From: Octopus bimaculoides
Lineage: Eukaryota
DNA: 57,112 bases
Direction of reading: 5' to 3'
Assembly: GCF_001194135.2 (NCBI RefSeq)
Contig: NC_068987.1
Location: forward strand, 77,273,280-77,330,391
Position 1 is the stretch's first letter; the number at the start of each line of letters is the position of its first letter. Both the position numbers and the translations under genes were made by a program. The notes under the pieces were generated by a model. It did not search any database and was not told the DNA's origin. It was given only the letters and a program-made list of their open reading frames with translations. This document shows positions 13,491 to 25,256 of the stretch, piece after piece.

Positions 13491-14269
13491 TACATCTGAA
13501 TGCGTGTAGGTTCATTTCTGATATGCTCATCTATTGTTTATAACAAACAAAAAAAAAAAAGAGAGAAGAGAAAAAAAGGAAAAAAAAGGAAGCTGCACAT
13601 AACTTAGAAGCAGCGCTACAGAAGTACCAGCACACACGAGATTGAGACATGGCCGACCTCACGCACTACTCATGACGAATTCCGGAAGGAGCTTCGTGAG
13701 ACCACTACTGAGACGCTTCCGTAAAAAAAAAAAGAAAAGCCGTTGGAAACCCAATTATAGCAGCGACTCCATCTAAGAATATCTGAAGAAGGAATTTTAT
13801 TCCGAAATATCACCAGACTAAATTACAACAGGTATATAGCCCATTGTTTGTATTATAGTACATTATTATAACATTCAAAACTATATAGGAATGAGGAGCA
13901 AGTGGATAAGCAGAAAAGAAGTGGCACTCAACATAACTGTAGGGGTTACACATATTACATATATTTCTTAATATCTGTTTGACTCAGCTCGATTTCAGTT
14001 ACGGTTTTGAGATGGGTTTGTAGTGCAAATATTTTCTTCAGATATATGATGCGACGGGTCCATGTTTTGAAGTCAAGGAACTGCTAGCCATATTTGCACA
14101 CATACACACACATACTTGGCATCCGAAACTCGGAGTTTTATCATGACTACTGAATAAGTGTCACATATTTTGACAGATAATTTCCTCTATCTGCATAATA
14201 TCGAGGTCTCTTTCTTTCTTTTGTTGTCCTTCCTGTCAAATATATATACATATATATATATTATATATG

Positions 14270-14309
<40 letters not shown>

Positions 14310-14710
14310 NNNNNNNNNNNNNNNNNNNNNNNNNNNNNNNNNNNNNNNNNNNNNNNNNNNNNNNNNNNNNNNNNNNNNNNNNNNNNNNNNNNNNNNNNNN
14401 NNNNNNNNNNNNNNNNNNNNNNNNNNNNNNNNNNNNNNNNNNNNNNNNNNNNNNNNNNNNNNNNNNNNNNNNNNNNNNNNNNNNNNNNNNNNNNNNNNNN
14501 NNNNNNNNNNNNNNNNNNNNNNNNNNNNNNNNNNNNNNNNNNNNNNNNNNNNNNNNNNNNNNNNNNNNNNNNNNNNNNNNNNNNNNNNNNNNNNNNNNNN
14601 NNNNNNNNNNNNNNNNNNNNNNNNNNNNNNNNNNNNNNNNNNNNNNNNNNNNNNNNNNNNNNNNNNNNNNNNNNNNNNNNNNNNNNNNNNNNNNNNNNNN
14701 NNNNNNNNNN

Positions 14711-15119
14711 ATACTCTTTTACTCTTTTACTTGTTGCAGTCATTTGATTGCGGCCATGCTGAAGCACCGCCTTTAGTCGAGCAAATCGATCCCAGGGCTT
14801 ATTCTTTGTAAGCCTAGTACTTATTCTATCGGTGTCTTTTGCGGAACCGCTAAGTTCCGCGGACGTAAACCCACCAGCATAGGTTGTCAAGCGATGTAGG
14901 GGGACAAATACAGACGCACAAACACACACACATATATATACATATACATATATACGACACGCTTCTTTCAGTTTCCGTGTACCAAGTCCACTCACAAGTC
15001 TTTGGTCGGCCCGAGGCTATAGTAGAAGACACTTGCCCAAGGTGCCACGCAGTGGGACCGAACCCGAAACCATGTAGTTGGTAAGCAAGCTACTTACCAC
15101 ACAGCCACTCCTGCGCCTA
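14711..15119 (-). mobile_element. SINE family B, full-length copy
   Basis: Minus strand: TAGGCGCAGGAGTGGCTGTGTGGTAAG (A-box)...GGTTCGGTCCC (B-box)...CCTTGGGCAAGTGTCTTCTAC...TA tract...AATAAGTACTAGG...GCAACAAGTAAAAGAGTAAAAGAG tail. Confidence 0.9.
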
Positions 15120-15141
15120 TATATACACACATACATATAAA

Positions 15142-15447
15142 CTCTCCGCCGATTACAACGATGAGGGTTCCAGTTGATCTGATCGACACAACAACGTGCT
15201 CGTGAAATTAACGAGCAAATGGCTGAGTACTCGACAAAACGTGTACCCTTGACGTAGTTCTCAGGGCGATTCAGCGTGACACAGATTGTGACAAGGCTGT
15301 CCCTTTGAAATACAGGTACAACTCATTTTTGCCAGCTGAGTGGACTGGAGAAACGTGAAATAAAGCATCTTGCTCAAGGACACAACGCGTCGTCGAGAAT
15401 TGAACACGCGTTTTACGATTGTAAGCCGAATACCTATAACCACTGAA

Positions 15448-15449
<2 letters not shown>
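15142..15449 (-). mobile_element. SINE family C (tRNA head plus CCAGTCCACTCAGCTGGCAAAAATGAGT domain)
   Basis: Minus strand: GGTTCAGTGGTTATAGG A-box, GTTCAATTC B-box, GTTGTGTCCTTGAGCAAG; matches copies at 29029 and 48180. Confidence 0.8.
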
Positions 15450-15485
<36 letters not shown>

Positions 15486-15719
15486 GCATATATNNNNNNN
15501 NNNNNNNNNNNNNNNNNNNNNNNNNNNNNNNNNNNNNNNNNNNNNNNNNNNNNNNNNNNNNNNNNNNNNNNNNNNNNNNNNNNNNNNNNNNNNNNNNNNN
15601 NNNNNNNNNNNNNNNNTATATATACCAAATCATCGGAGCAAATGCAAATATATGTTTGCTTATGAAAACAAAACTATGAATTATAGTTCTTAAATCTGAC
15701 AGAAAAAAGCTGGGGTGGA

Positions 15720-15792
15720 GGATACGTTGGTGTAATGGTAACCTACTTGTCGTGAAAACATAGAGGTTTTGGTTCGTGCTCCACGCGTACAG
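15720..15792 (+). other. Degenerate tRNA-like sequence (probable SINE head or tRNA pseudogene)
   Basis: TGGTGTAATGGTA A-box and GGTTCGTGCTCC B-box with tRNA-like spacing; the stems are poorly paired. Confidence 0.4.
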
Positions 15793-17189
15793 AAAACCCT
15801 ACATCTTTTTCTGTCGCGGGTTTATATGCCCCACCGTTAGACTCTTTTCTCTGATCGCTTATAAGTTTTAAGCTAATAGAATATTATTATTTACAGAATT
15901 GTAAAATCGACACAGCTTACCAAATCATCGCAGAAAATGCATACACACACACATATACACACACACACACACACATATACATATATATATATATAAACAC
16001 GTCGCTGAATGAAATAAATTCTTCATCATTATTATTTGGTAGCTACTTTAAGCAAGTTTCTTTCATGACATAAGAAATACTGTTGCTAAGTTTTCGCGTG
16101 TCCAATGTATCGAATCTTTCGAAATCACATGAAGTTAATATCCCGATATCAATCTATAAAAGAGAATACAGATATCGCGTGCTCTGCATCCTTTAGGGAT
16201 ATATTTTAAGGATGCCAACTACAAATGTATAAAATCGTAATACCATATATTATCCAATGAATGTTTCTCAATATAAAGTTTTACAGAATTCATTATGTCA
16301 ACCATATGTATAGTAAGCATAAATTTGCCTATTCCATTCTCAAAAAATTGATAAATCACAATATATCACGAAATAACCATAGAAACTGCGGTCATAGTTT
16401 GATATCTATATATCACAAAATCAACACCACGAAGAGTAATAATCAAAAGCGAACGAGGGAGACCCTTTGCATTCTCGCCAGCTGTTACAGAAATATCAGG
16501 GGAATTGACCTTAAATTGCATCACACACCACTGCCTTAAAAAGAGTACGACACATAAGATAATTTAATCCTAGATACACAATACCAGAAGAGAAAAAAAC
16601 ACGATGTTCATACCTGGAATGCAGTTGTTCATAGATATGATCCACCAGAGCTGAAAAGGAGCTAAACCACAACAGCAACGACAACAGCAGCAAAACTAAT
16701 AATGCACATTTATTATATTGGGTGAAAAATATCATGCTTTCTCGTTGGCTTATTATGCATATAAGCATACATTGCATTGCCTTGTATTCGCATACGGTAC
16801 TCAGCCATACTAAATGGTGCCTAGCCATAATATTGCTATTAATGTCTCAATATCACCAACCAAAAGATAAAACACACAGTGTATGAATAAAAGTGTTTCC
16901 ATTTAATTCCACTGGACAAATCACGACTTTCTTTATAATTTTAAAAGACGTGTCTTATTATAGAGGGATATCAAAGTACGCAGGTATGTGAGCATATATT
17001 TGCAGATATAATTCTAGCATATACAATTTGATTCTATGTATATTCTGAATGTAGAATTACTGTCCCCGCTACACACACGGGCAAACACACATGCATACAC
17101 ACATACATATACGGTTTATATTATGCCCAGATGCCTACATTAGTTATATATGTATGTGTGAGCGGAGACAGAGAGAGAGGGAGCAAGTC

Positions 17190-17360
17190 GAAAATTAAAA
17201 GCAACAAAACAACTAAAGTCAAAAAGACGTACACATCGAATGTCTTAGGTTGACGCTCAGAATAAGATGGAAAGAAGAGTGTTTGTATAACGTTTCGAGC
17301 ATGGCTGCTCGTCAGAAAGGAGAAAGAGGAAATGTCCGGAGAGAAAGGAAAAAGCCCAAA
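17190..17360 (-). mobile_element. Repeat related to 51085-51262 with a degenerate hammerhead-like core (probable Penelope-type LTR fragment)
   Basis: Minus strand: CTGACGA-GCAGCCATGCTC-GAAACGTTA followed by TTCTGAGCGTCAACCTAAGACAT, similar to TTCCCGAGCGTCATACTAATACAT in the 51.1-kb copy. Confidence 0.45.
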
Positions 17361-17534
17361 GAAAGCATGTGTGTGGTCATATGGCTGAAGTAACCGGAAG
17401 AGGAGCAAGATACATAAAGGGATTTCTAAGATAGGAGAGTACGAAAATGGCCAGTGTGTGTGTATGTGTGGTAGTATGTGTTTGAGCTTATGTGAACGAT
17501 GTATGCATAAGGAGTGGTCTAGACAGGTTAGCAG

Positions 17535-17700
17535 ACGAGCTTCTTTCAGCTTCTATCAATCAAATCCACTCACAAGGCTTTGATCTACCCGGGGCTATAG
17601 TAGAAGACACTTGCCGAAGGTGGCACGCAATGAGACTGAACCCAAAACCATGTGCTTGGGAAGAAAATGTCTTACCACACAGCAACGTCCACGCTTGTAT
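17535..17700 (-). mobile_element. SINE family B 5' half
   Basis: CAAATCCACTCACAAGGCTTTG...GCTATAGTAGAAGACACTTGCC...TTACCACACAGC on the + strand, as in 14955-15119. Confidence 0.8.
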
Positions 17701-19063
17701 GCTATTAATATTTTTTTATACACAAGTACTTTGTTTTTTATTTTACTTATTAATTTATTTCAGTCATTGGGCTAAGACCAAGTCGAAGCGTGGCCTTATT
17801 TTACCCGTGTCTTTTGAGACCGATAAAATAAGCAGTAGACCTTTCAAAAAATAGAGTAGTTCGCTTGAGCAGATAACTAGAACACTAGTCGTAGAAACCG
17901 ACGGAAGCTCCAGTTGAGGGGTTTTTCCTCTTTTTTTTTTTTACTTTTCCTGTATTCCTCAGAGCTTCAACGAGAAAATAAACACATAGAGCTTCTATTA
18001 AATTCTTTCTAGTTATTTCCACTAGACCTGTTATTTCTCTCCATACAATAGCGAATAGCAAGAAAAATAAGAAGTCGGATGTTTACACAGGGTAGTTTTT
18101 ATTAGCATCACATGATTAGACGAATATATATATGTCCTTGAAATATTGATATAATGCAACTTAGGAAAAAACGTATATACAACATCCCAATACGAACATT
18201 TAGAAGAAGAAAAAACAAGCTTGAGGAAAAAAGCAAGCGAATGTCAACAACTAAAATCTTGCAGAAGTCAACAATTTTTCCTTTTATATGCATATATATA
18301 GATGAAGTATGGCTGATGGGAAAGAAAACAATTTGTAATAAACATACAAAAATATGTACACATACATACATGCATACATATGTCTATATATATATATATA
18401 TATACATATATATNNNNNNNNNNNNNNNNNNNNNNNNNNNNNNNNNNNNNNNNNNNNNNNNNNNNNNNNNNNNNNNNNNNNNNNNNNNNNNNNNNNNNNN
18501 NNNNNNNNNNNNNNNNNNNNNNNNNNNNNNNNNNNNNNNNNNNNNNNNNNNNNNNNNNNNNNNNNNNNNNNNNNNNNNNNNNNNNNNNNNNNNNNNNNNN
18601 NNNNNNNNNNNNNNNNNNNNNNNNNNNNNNNNNNNNNNNNNNNNNNNNNNNNNNNNNNNNNNNNNNNNNNNNNNNNNNNNNNNNNNNNNNNNNNNNNNNN
18701 NNNNNNNNNNNNNNNNNNNNNNNNNNNNNNNNNNNNNNNNNNNNNNNNNNNNNNNNNNNNNNNNNNNNNNNNNNNNNNNNNNNNNNNNNNNNNNNNNNNN
18801 NNNNNNNNNNNNNNNNNNNNNNNNNNNNNNNNNNNNNNNNNNNNNNNNNNNNNNNNNNNNNNNNNNNNNNNNNNNNNNNNNNNNNNNNNNNNNNNNNNNN
18901 NNNNNNNNNNNNNNNNNNNNNNNNNNNNNNNNNNNNNNNNNNNNNNNNNNNNNNNNNNNNNNNNNNNNNNNNNNNNNNNNNNNNNNNNNNNNNNNNNNNN
19001 NNNNNNNNAACCACCACAACCACCACAACCACCACCACAAACACCACCACCACCACCACCACC

Positions 19064-19134
<71 letters not shown>

Positions 19135-19507
19135 GTCTCTGTGTACAGACAGACGGAGCTTATTAACATTTTACAAGCCAGAAATGAATTCAGAAATCTT
19201 ATACATTAAGACAATGAAACGGATGTGTCGGCATTTAGCAATCTCCTATGCTCAGCTTCACCATTCTATTGCTACGCCCGGTTTCTGACTTCTCTTCCAC
19301 CACCTTTTTTACTGTCCAGTGTTAATTAATAAACACACACACACACACACTATCACACCTACCCACTTGGTATACTGTAGGCAAAAGCAACAGCAACAGT
19401 ATCGTGAAACAATTCTAGCGTTTTCAAGTATGATAACGATCAACAAGACCAGCCATAACATTTGCAAAAACAAAGGCGTGACTAATTAATAACAATCGAT
19501 ATTAGGG

Positions 19508-19705
19508 AAGAAGAAGAAGAAGAAGAAGAAGAAGAAGAAGAAGAAGAAGAAGAAGAAGAAGAAGAAGAAGAAGAAGAAGAAGAAGAAGAATACGACGACA
19601 ACGAAGCTGATGATGATGATTTACGCCATGGTGGTGGTGGGGGTTTCCGGCGGTGGTGGTGACGTCGATGACGACGATGATACTTTTGCTATTAATACTT
19701 GCTAT

Positions 19706-19745
<40 letters not shown>

Positions 19746-19911
19746 GATGATGATGATGATGATTATGAAGAAGAAGAAGAAGAAGAAGAAGAAGAAGAAG
19801 AAGAAGAAGAAGGAGTCGAAGAAGACGAAGGTGGTGGTGGTGGTGGTGGTAGTGGTGGTGGTTTCGGTGGTGGCGGTGACGTCGACAACGACGACGACGA
19901 TGATAATTTTA

Positions 19912-19948
<37 letters not shown>

Positions 19949-19985
19949 CGACGATGGTGACGATGAGGGGGAGGATGATGATGGT
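19508..19985. repeat. Compound trinucleotide array (GAA/GAT/GGT/GAC)
   Basis: Alternating pure runs with a duplicated GTTTC.GG.GGTGG.GGTGACGTCGA block; source of the poly-D/E/G ORFs. Confidence 0.92.
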
Positions 19986-20793
19986 GTTGATCTGAGTGGG
20001 AAGACAATAAAATTCCTGCCTCCTTATACTGAAGTTCCTTATGGTTTTCAGACGTCATTATGTCATTCATAATCCTACTATATGTTGCTCTGTCCTATCT
20101 CCACCCTCGTCAGGTGGTTCTACTGCATCGTAAATCTAATAACAAGAAAATGATCGTTATCTGTACCAATATCCTAAATATTTTGTGTTTTATTCTCCAC
20201 ATATTGCGACAATAGATTCTGGCAACGCATTTTAATTCTCCAGCTCTGCATGTCTCTCGCCCTGTTCTGACATATACTTCAATATGTCCTGCCCTGTTAA
20301 TAGCGTATACACATAAACATCGTGTCATACATTAGCTAGAACTTCATTTGTCGGCACAGAAAGCTTCTGCCATTCTTCGAAAAATCTTTGCACTTTCGTG
20401 AAAGAAGTCGTCAGGCAAAGGGTATAGCCTTTTTTGACATACCTATCCTACATACTTTAGCCAACTAACCCATGTCTAAAATTTCTTTCTGGCTCGCTGT
20501 GCTTGCAAACAACAAGCCGTTATCATTGTTTCTTTTGTTTTCAGAGGTTGTTTGTACCTCTTTGTTCTGCTTACAATGAGATTGAATGTGGGACAAATAT
20601 GTCATTTTGTTTCTGTTTCTTTACTTATAAAGAAACAACTGATTTTGCTTATAAAAGTTTTAGTTTGTTTCGAAATATTCATATTAGCATCAACATAACG
20701 TTAGTGACCAACACTTTTCGCTCCTTTAAAGAAAGCCACATCAAATCGGAATTAAGCAATGCTTCAAGAGATATAACATATAAATACAATGAA

Positions 20794-20936
20794 GTCGCAC
20801 ACATAGGGTTGTGATGCGTATCCCTGGTGTACCCTTATCAGACGGGTAGTCATGATGGGTATATTGGGCTTCGTATATTTGTACTCTAGTGTCACTTTGA
20901 TGGCATGCACTGCTCTACTCAATAATAATTATGATG
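20794..20936 (+). mobile_element. Unclassified retroposon 3' end with a TAA/GAT tail
   Basis: GGTTGTGATGC...GTGTACCCTTAT.AGACGG.TAGTCATGATGGGTATA.TGGGCTTCGTATATTT...CACTGCTCT..CTCAATAATAAT is shared with 41180-41312. Confidence 0.7.
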
Positions 20937-20961
20937 ATGATGATGATGATGATGATGATAA

Positions 20962-21290
20962 CTGTTTCTGACTTAGGCTCAAGACCAACAATTTTGAAGA
21001 AAGGGCTTTAGTCTATATCATAGGACCCAGTATTTGACTAGTACTTTATCTTAACGATCCCAGAGCGATAAAAAGCGAAGTTGAACTCTTCGGGATTCGA
21101 ACTCAGAATATAAAGACTCGGAAGACATACAGAAATAACATTTAGCTAATTAATTCTCTTTACGTTCTGATTTCGAATCCCACCAAGGTCAATTTTTTAG
21201 GGCTTGTTAAAACAAAGTACCATTGAAGTACTAGAAGTAGAATGGATATAATTTTGTATAATTCTTCCCGAAAATGCGTGGCTTGGTTCC
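20962..21290. mobile_element. Two divergently oriented degraded SINE family A fragments
   Basis: A minus copy at about 20962-21130 (GGGATTCGAACTCAGAAT on +) and a plus copy at about 21150-21290 (TTACGTTCTGATTTCGAATCCCACCAAGGTC). Confidence 0.6.
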
Positions 21291-21325
21291 TCTTATTTGA
21301 GATGTTTGCACACATTTTTTCGATT

Positions 21326-21600
21326 ATGTGAACATTGTTCGAAAACAATTATTAGAAAGCAACTATTCGAAAAACATTTATTCGAAAGGAGAATTGTATG
21401 AATGAAAATTATTCAAAAGGACAATCATACGAAAAGTTAATTATTCTAATTTTTTTTTTTTTTTTAAGCAAAAATCATAAAATTAAACATCAAGTACACA
21501 TATATTTATTTCGAATAACTGTTTTTCGAATAACTGTTTTTCGAATAACTGTTTTTCGAATAACTGCTTTTCGAATAATTGTTTTCGAACAATTTTCATA
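21326..21600. mobile_element. Foldback-like element with inverted arrays of a 15-bp TTCGAATAACTGTTT module
   Basis: The right arm has about 6 tandem modules (21509-21593). The left arm 21334-21376 is the diverged reverse complement. Confidence 0.6.
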
Positions 21601-21894
21601 ATTCCAAATTGTAAAACGTGTGCGAGCGTACGTAGGCTACAACAATCACAACCATTAAACCACAATAACAAATCTATGTATGATAAGTAAATGAGAGGTG
21701 AAATAACAAGAGTCACACCTTTACAAGATAGCTCGACCTGTGGAACCAGCAGCCAAAATCCCTCCCAAATTGTACCATACCATTTTAAACAAAACTTTAT
21801 TGTTAGGTTATGATTAAGGCATGAAAACCTTCGTTAAGAGTTGAACACCAACAGCGACAACCATCCCACGGTGGCAGCAATAGTCTCAGCAAGG

Positions 21895-22080
21895 AAGATG
21901 CCGGCTAGAAATAACAGGCAAATCTTCTTGAAATCTCATCCTAACGTTCGAAAAGAAAAGGACACCGGATAATGTGGTTCTTGAGTCACTATTATCTAAT
22001 GAAGATGGAGCTGGCATGACTAGATTGCTTTTGGTCATAAGTCTGCCTTGTCAGAGTCGACACGGACTAAACGAATGTGT
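21895..22080 (+). mobile_element. Unclassified interspersed repeat (AGAAATAACAG.CAAATCT family)
   Basis: Collinear similarity to the minus-strand copy at about 41790-41990; short related motifs at 21740 and 27670. Confidence 0.5.
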
Positions 22081-22484
22081 ACAGCTGGATTCGATTAAGT
22101 CATTGGTCTGTTGAATCAAAATCGACCTAGGGTTAAATAAGAAAAACAACAACAACAACTACTACTACAACTTTCGCAAGCACAACACAACACAATTAAT
22201 GATATCCAATGACTTTATCAATAGCAACAACAACACAACACCAGCGACAACGACAATAACGGCGTAATGTCACGAATAGTAATAATTGGAACGTCGATAA
22301 TAGCAACAGGCTTAGCAACAGGCTTAGCAACAGGCTTAGCAACAGCAAAATCGGGAGTTGTATTAACAGTAGGAAAAACAGCGCCACAAGATGACAGACA
22401 AATATTTTCTATTTTAAAACACATAATTGAAGCGGAACTATACAGCATTCGATCCACATATAAAACCATGTATCATCCCTGTAG

Positions 22485-22518
<34 letters not shown>

Positions 22519-23132
22519 TGATCATTTGAAAATCTCCTGCTCAATCTCATCCTTAACCTCACCCTACTCCTGTCTCTCCCTCCTTCCGACCTACTTATTT
22601 TCTTTGTTACTTTTCGTTTATCTTTCATTCTTTCTAAGCCTGCTTTTCTCTCCGCTACATTCTCATGTTATCTCCCGCCATCATTGTATCTCTTCCACAC
22701 ACACGTTCATATCTGTTAGAGGCATTCAGTAATTTGTTACAATGTTAGTAAAGCGATATACAATTGTGTTTATGCTATACATATAAATTTTTATTTTAGC
22801 TGAAAGCTAAATTATTTACGAAAGTTCTACCGTTTCATCTTACAAATCATTATTTCTTCGATTCGTAAGACTAAACGATAGATCTTTCGTTAATAATTTA
22901 GCTTTCAGTTAAAATGAAAAATAAAATTTATGTAATATACGTTATTCCGTTATAAACCAGTATTTAGCTCTTTTCTCACGTCTGTGATTATTTGTTCAAG
23001 CAAAACATTTGGAATTTATGTACATAAATACATACATACATACATACATACATACATACATACATACATGCATACATACATGCATACATACATATATATA
23101 AATAAATAAATATATATATATACACATACATG

Positions 23133-24401
23133 CAGAGTTGGACAAAATAATGGAAACACCTTAAAATTTCAAACAAATTGCTTTTAACATGGGGTAGGAC
23201 CGCCTTTGGCAGTAATTACAGCTTGAATTCTACGAGGTATAGACTGGTATAAAGTTTGAATTGTTTCCAAAGTAAATTTTGTCCATTCTTCAGCTGAGTC
23301 TCCAGTTCTTGTAGTGATGATGGTGGAAGATATGGACTCCTTACTTGTTTTTCTAAAGTGCACCATAAATGTTCAATAATATTGAGGTCTGGGGATTGTG
23401 GTGGCCAGATAAAATTTTCAACTACACTAGAACGTTCCTTGTGCCATTCAGTAACAACTTTAGCTATGTGAATTGGTGCATTATCATCCTGAAAGATTGC
23501 TTTTATCCCCCGGAAACAGTTCTGCAACCATAGGATGAATTTGATCAGATAACATGCTTAAATAGTCTTTACTATTAATTCTGCCAGGAAGGAAAACCAT
23601 TGGGCCGACTGATTTCCAAGATATAACTCCCGCAGATCATCACAGATCCTCCTCCATGTTTAACAGTTGGGAGAAGGCAGTCTGGGCCAAATGCTTCTTT
23701 TGGCTGTCTCCACACGTATACTCGGCCGGTGGTCGAAAATAAAGTAAAGGATGACTCGTCCAAGAAAATAACATTCTTCCACTGCTCTAGGAACCAATTC
23801 TGTAGGTTTTTACTCCACTCTAAACGCTTTGCAACGTTTGTTTTTGAAAGTAGTGGTTTTCTGATTGCAACCCTCCCGTGAAATCCGGCTTCGTGTAGCT
23901 CTCGGCGAACAGTTTTTGTGGAAACTAGGTTCTCGAGGTGGTCATTAAGCTTTGCAGTAATTTTGGGAGCTGTCCTTTTGTGATCTTTTCTAACAATTTG
24001 CGTAAGAGTCAGACGGTCCCAATCTGAAAGTTTTGGTTTTGTTCCAGAGTTTTGTTTCGACAAGGAGGTTTTTCCCTCTTCTCAAAGGCTGTCATTACTT
24101 TCGAGACACTACTTCATGATACACCAAACATTATGGGTGTTTTCGTTACGCTAGCGCCTGCTATACGAGCACCAACAATTTGACCTCTTTGAAAGTCTGA
24201 TAGATCTGTCATTTTAATGAATTTTAATTACCTTTTTTCTGATGATATGTGAAAAGAAACAGCAATTTTAGTAAATGATATTAAGCAACACTAGTAATAT
24301 ATCACAAAACATAAAAATAAACAAGCTTTTAACGGTTTTATAGATATTTCAAAATTATGATGCTATAATGCTAGGTGTTTCCATTATTTTGTCCAACCTC
24401 T
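23133..24401 (-). mobile_element. Tc1-like DNA transposon, near full length (about 1.27 kb), inactive
   Basis: TIRs (CAGA)GTTGGACAAAATAATGGAAACACCT at 23133 and AGGTGTTTCCATTATTTTGTCCAAC at 24373-24397 enclose a broken transposase. Confidence 0.93.
23184..24212 (-). pseudogene. Tc1-family DDE transposase pseudogene (DD36E spacing)
   Basis: MTDLSDFQRGQIVGARIAG..., HTH region KDHKRTAPKIT...TVRRELHEAGFHGRVAIRKPLLS, VIFLDESSF, FQDDNAPIH, WPPQSPDLNIIEHLW and AVITAKGGPTPC*; there is an internal stop and several frameshifts. Confidence 0.92.
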
Positions 24402-24707
24402 CTCTCTATATATATAGAGANNNNNNNNNNNNNNNNNNNNNNNNNNNNNNNNNNNNNNNNNNNNNNNNNNNNNNNNNNNNNNNNNNNNNNNNNNNNNNNN
24501 NNNNNNNNNNNNNNNNNNNNNNNNNNNNNNNNNNNNNNNNNNNNNNNNNNNNNNNNNNNNNNNNNNNNNNNNNNNNNNNNNNNNNNNNNNATATATACAG
24601 TGTACATGTGAACACATATTCAGACATCTAAACAGCTAAAAGGAGTAGTTAAAATCCAAACTACAATTAGGGATTTCCAAAGGGAATGAAAAATAAAAAC
24701 ATTTACC

Positions 24708-24796
24708 ATCTATTTCCTGGACCATGGTTTTGAGCCATCTTCAGTAAATAAAGTAATTTACTAGGCGAAGCTCTCATCAACAGGAAAGCCAAAGAT
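24708..24796 (-). ncRNA. Type I hammerhead ribozyme, mutated copy
   Basis: TTTCCTG-TTGATGA-GAGCT...GGCTC-AAAA-CCATGGTC-CAGGAAA: all stems are retained but the core has C3->U and G12->A. Confidence 0.65.
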
Positions 24797-25167
24797 TAAC
24801 ATTATAAGTCCGAGGCAATACAGAACATACCTCGTGCTTACATGTTATAATTTTTCAAATCACCGCGCAAGCGCAGTTTTTTATCGGCAGCAAATAATGC
24901 CGATTTTCTTTCAAAATTAGCCGAAAGAATTATTATTTTTAAATTTCAGGGTAGTAAAATATTATCTAGACATTTTTCACCACCGTGGCCTAGCGTGTAG
25001 AAAAACTAGTCAATAGACTATATATTATTCATTTACATATACAGTGTAGATTTAAACACATAAGAGATGGCCATAATCGGACATCTAAACTGCTAGAAGG
25101 AGTAGTTAAAATCCAAACCACAATTAGGGGTAATTTCCAAAGGGAATGAAAAATAAAAACATTTACC

Positions 25168-25256
25168 ATCTATTTCCTAGACCATGGTTTCGAGCTATCT
25201 TCAGTAAATAAAGTAATTTACTAGGTGAAGCTCTCATCAGCAGGAAAGCCAAAGAT
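25168..25256 (-). ncRNA. Type I hammerhead ribozyme with an intact core
   Basis: Minus strand: stem I TTTCCTG, core CTGATGA, stem II GAGCT..TAGTAAAT/ATTTACTG..AGCTC, GAAA, palindromic stem III ACCATGGT, GUC cleavage triplet (+25180-25182), stem I' TAGGAAA and distal ATCT/AGAT pairing. Confidence 0.8.

Noticed and set aside
16614-16650. Minus-strand 37-nt micro-exon with good splice sites
   Set aside because: It does not splice in frame to the next acceptor (about 16509) without an early stop and has no homology; such sites arise by chance in 57 kb.
19653-20072. 139-aa poly-D/E/G ORF
   Set aside because: It is open only because of trinucleotide arrays; other frames give poly-M/K/V, and there is no splice or homology support.
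22303-22347. 12-bp tandem repeat (AGCAACAGGCTT x3) giving ATGL/VAKP peptide repeats
   Set aside because: A short minisatellite in a CAA-rich region with no coding support.
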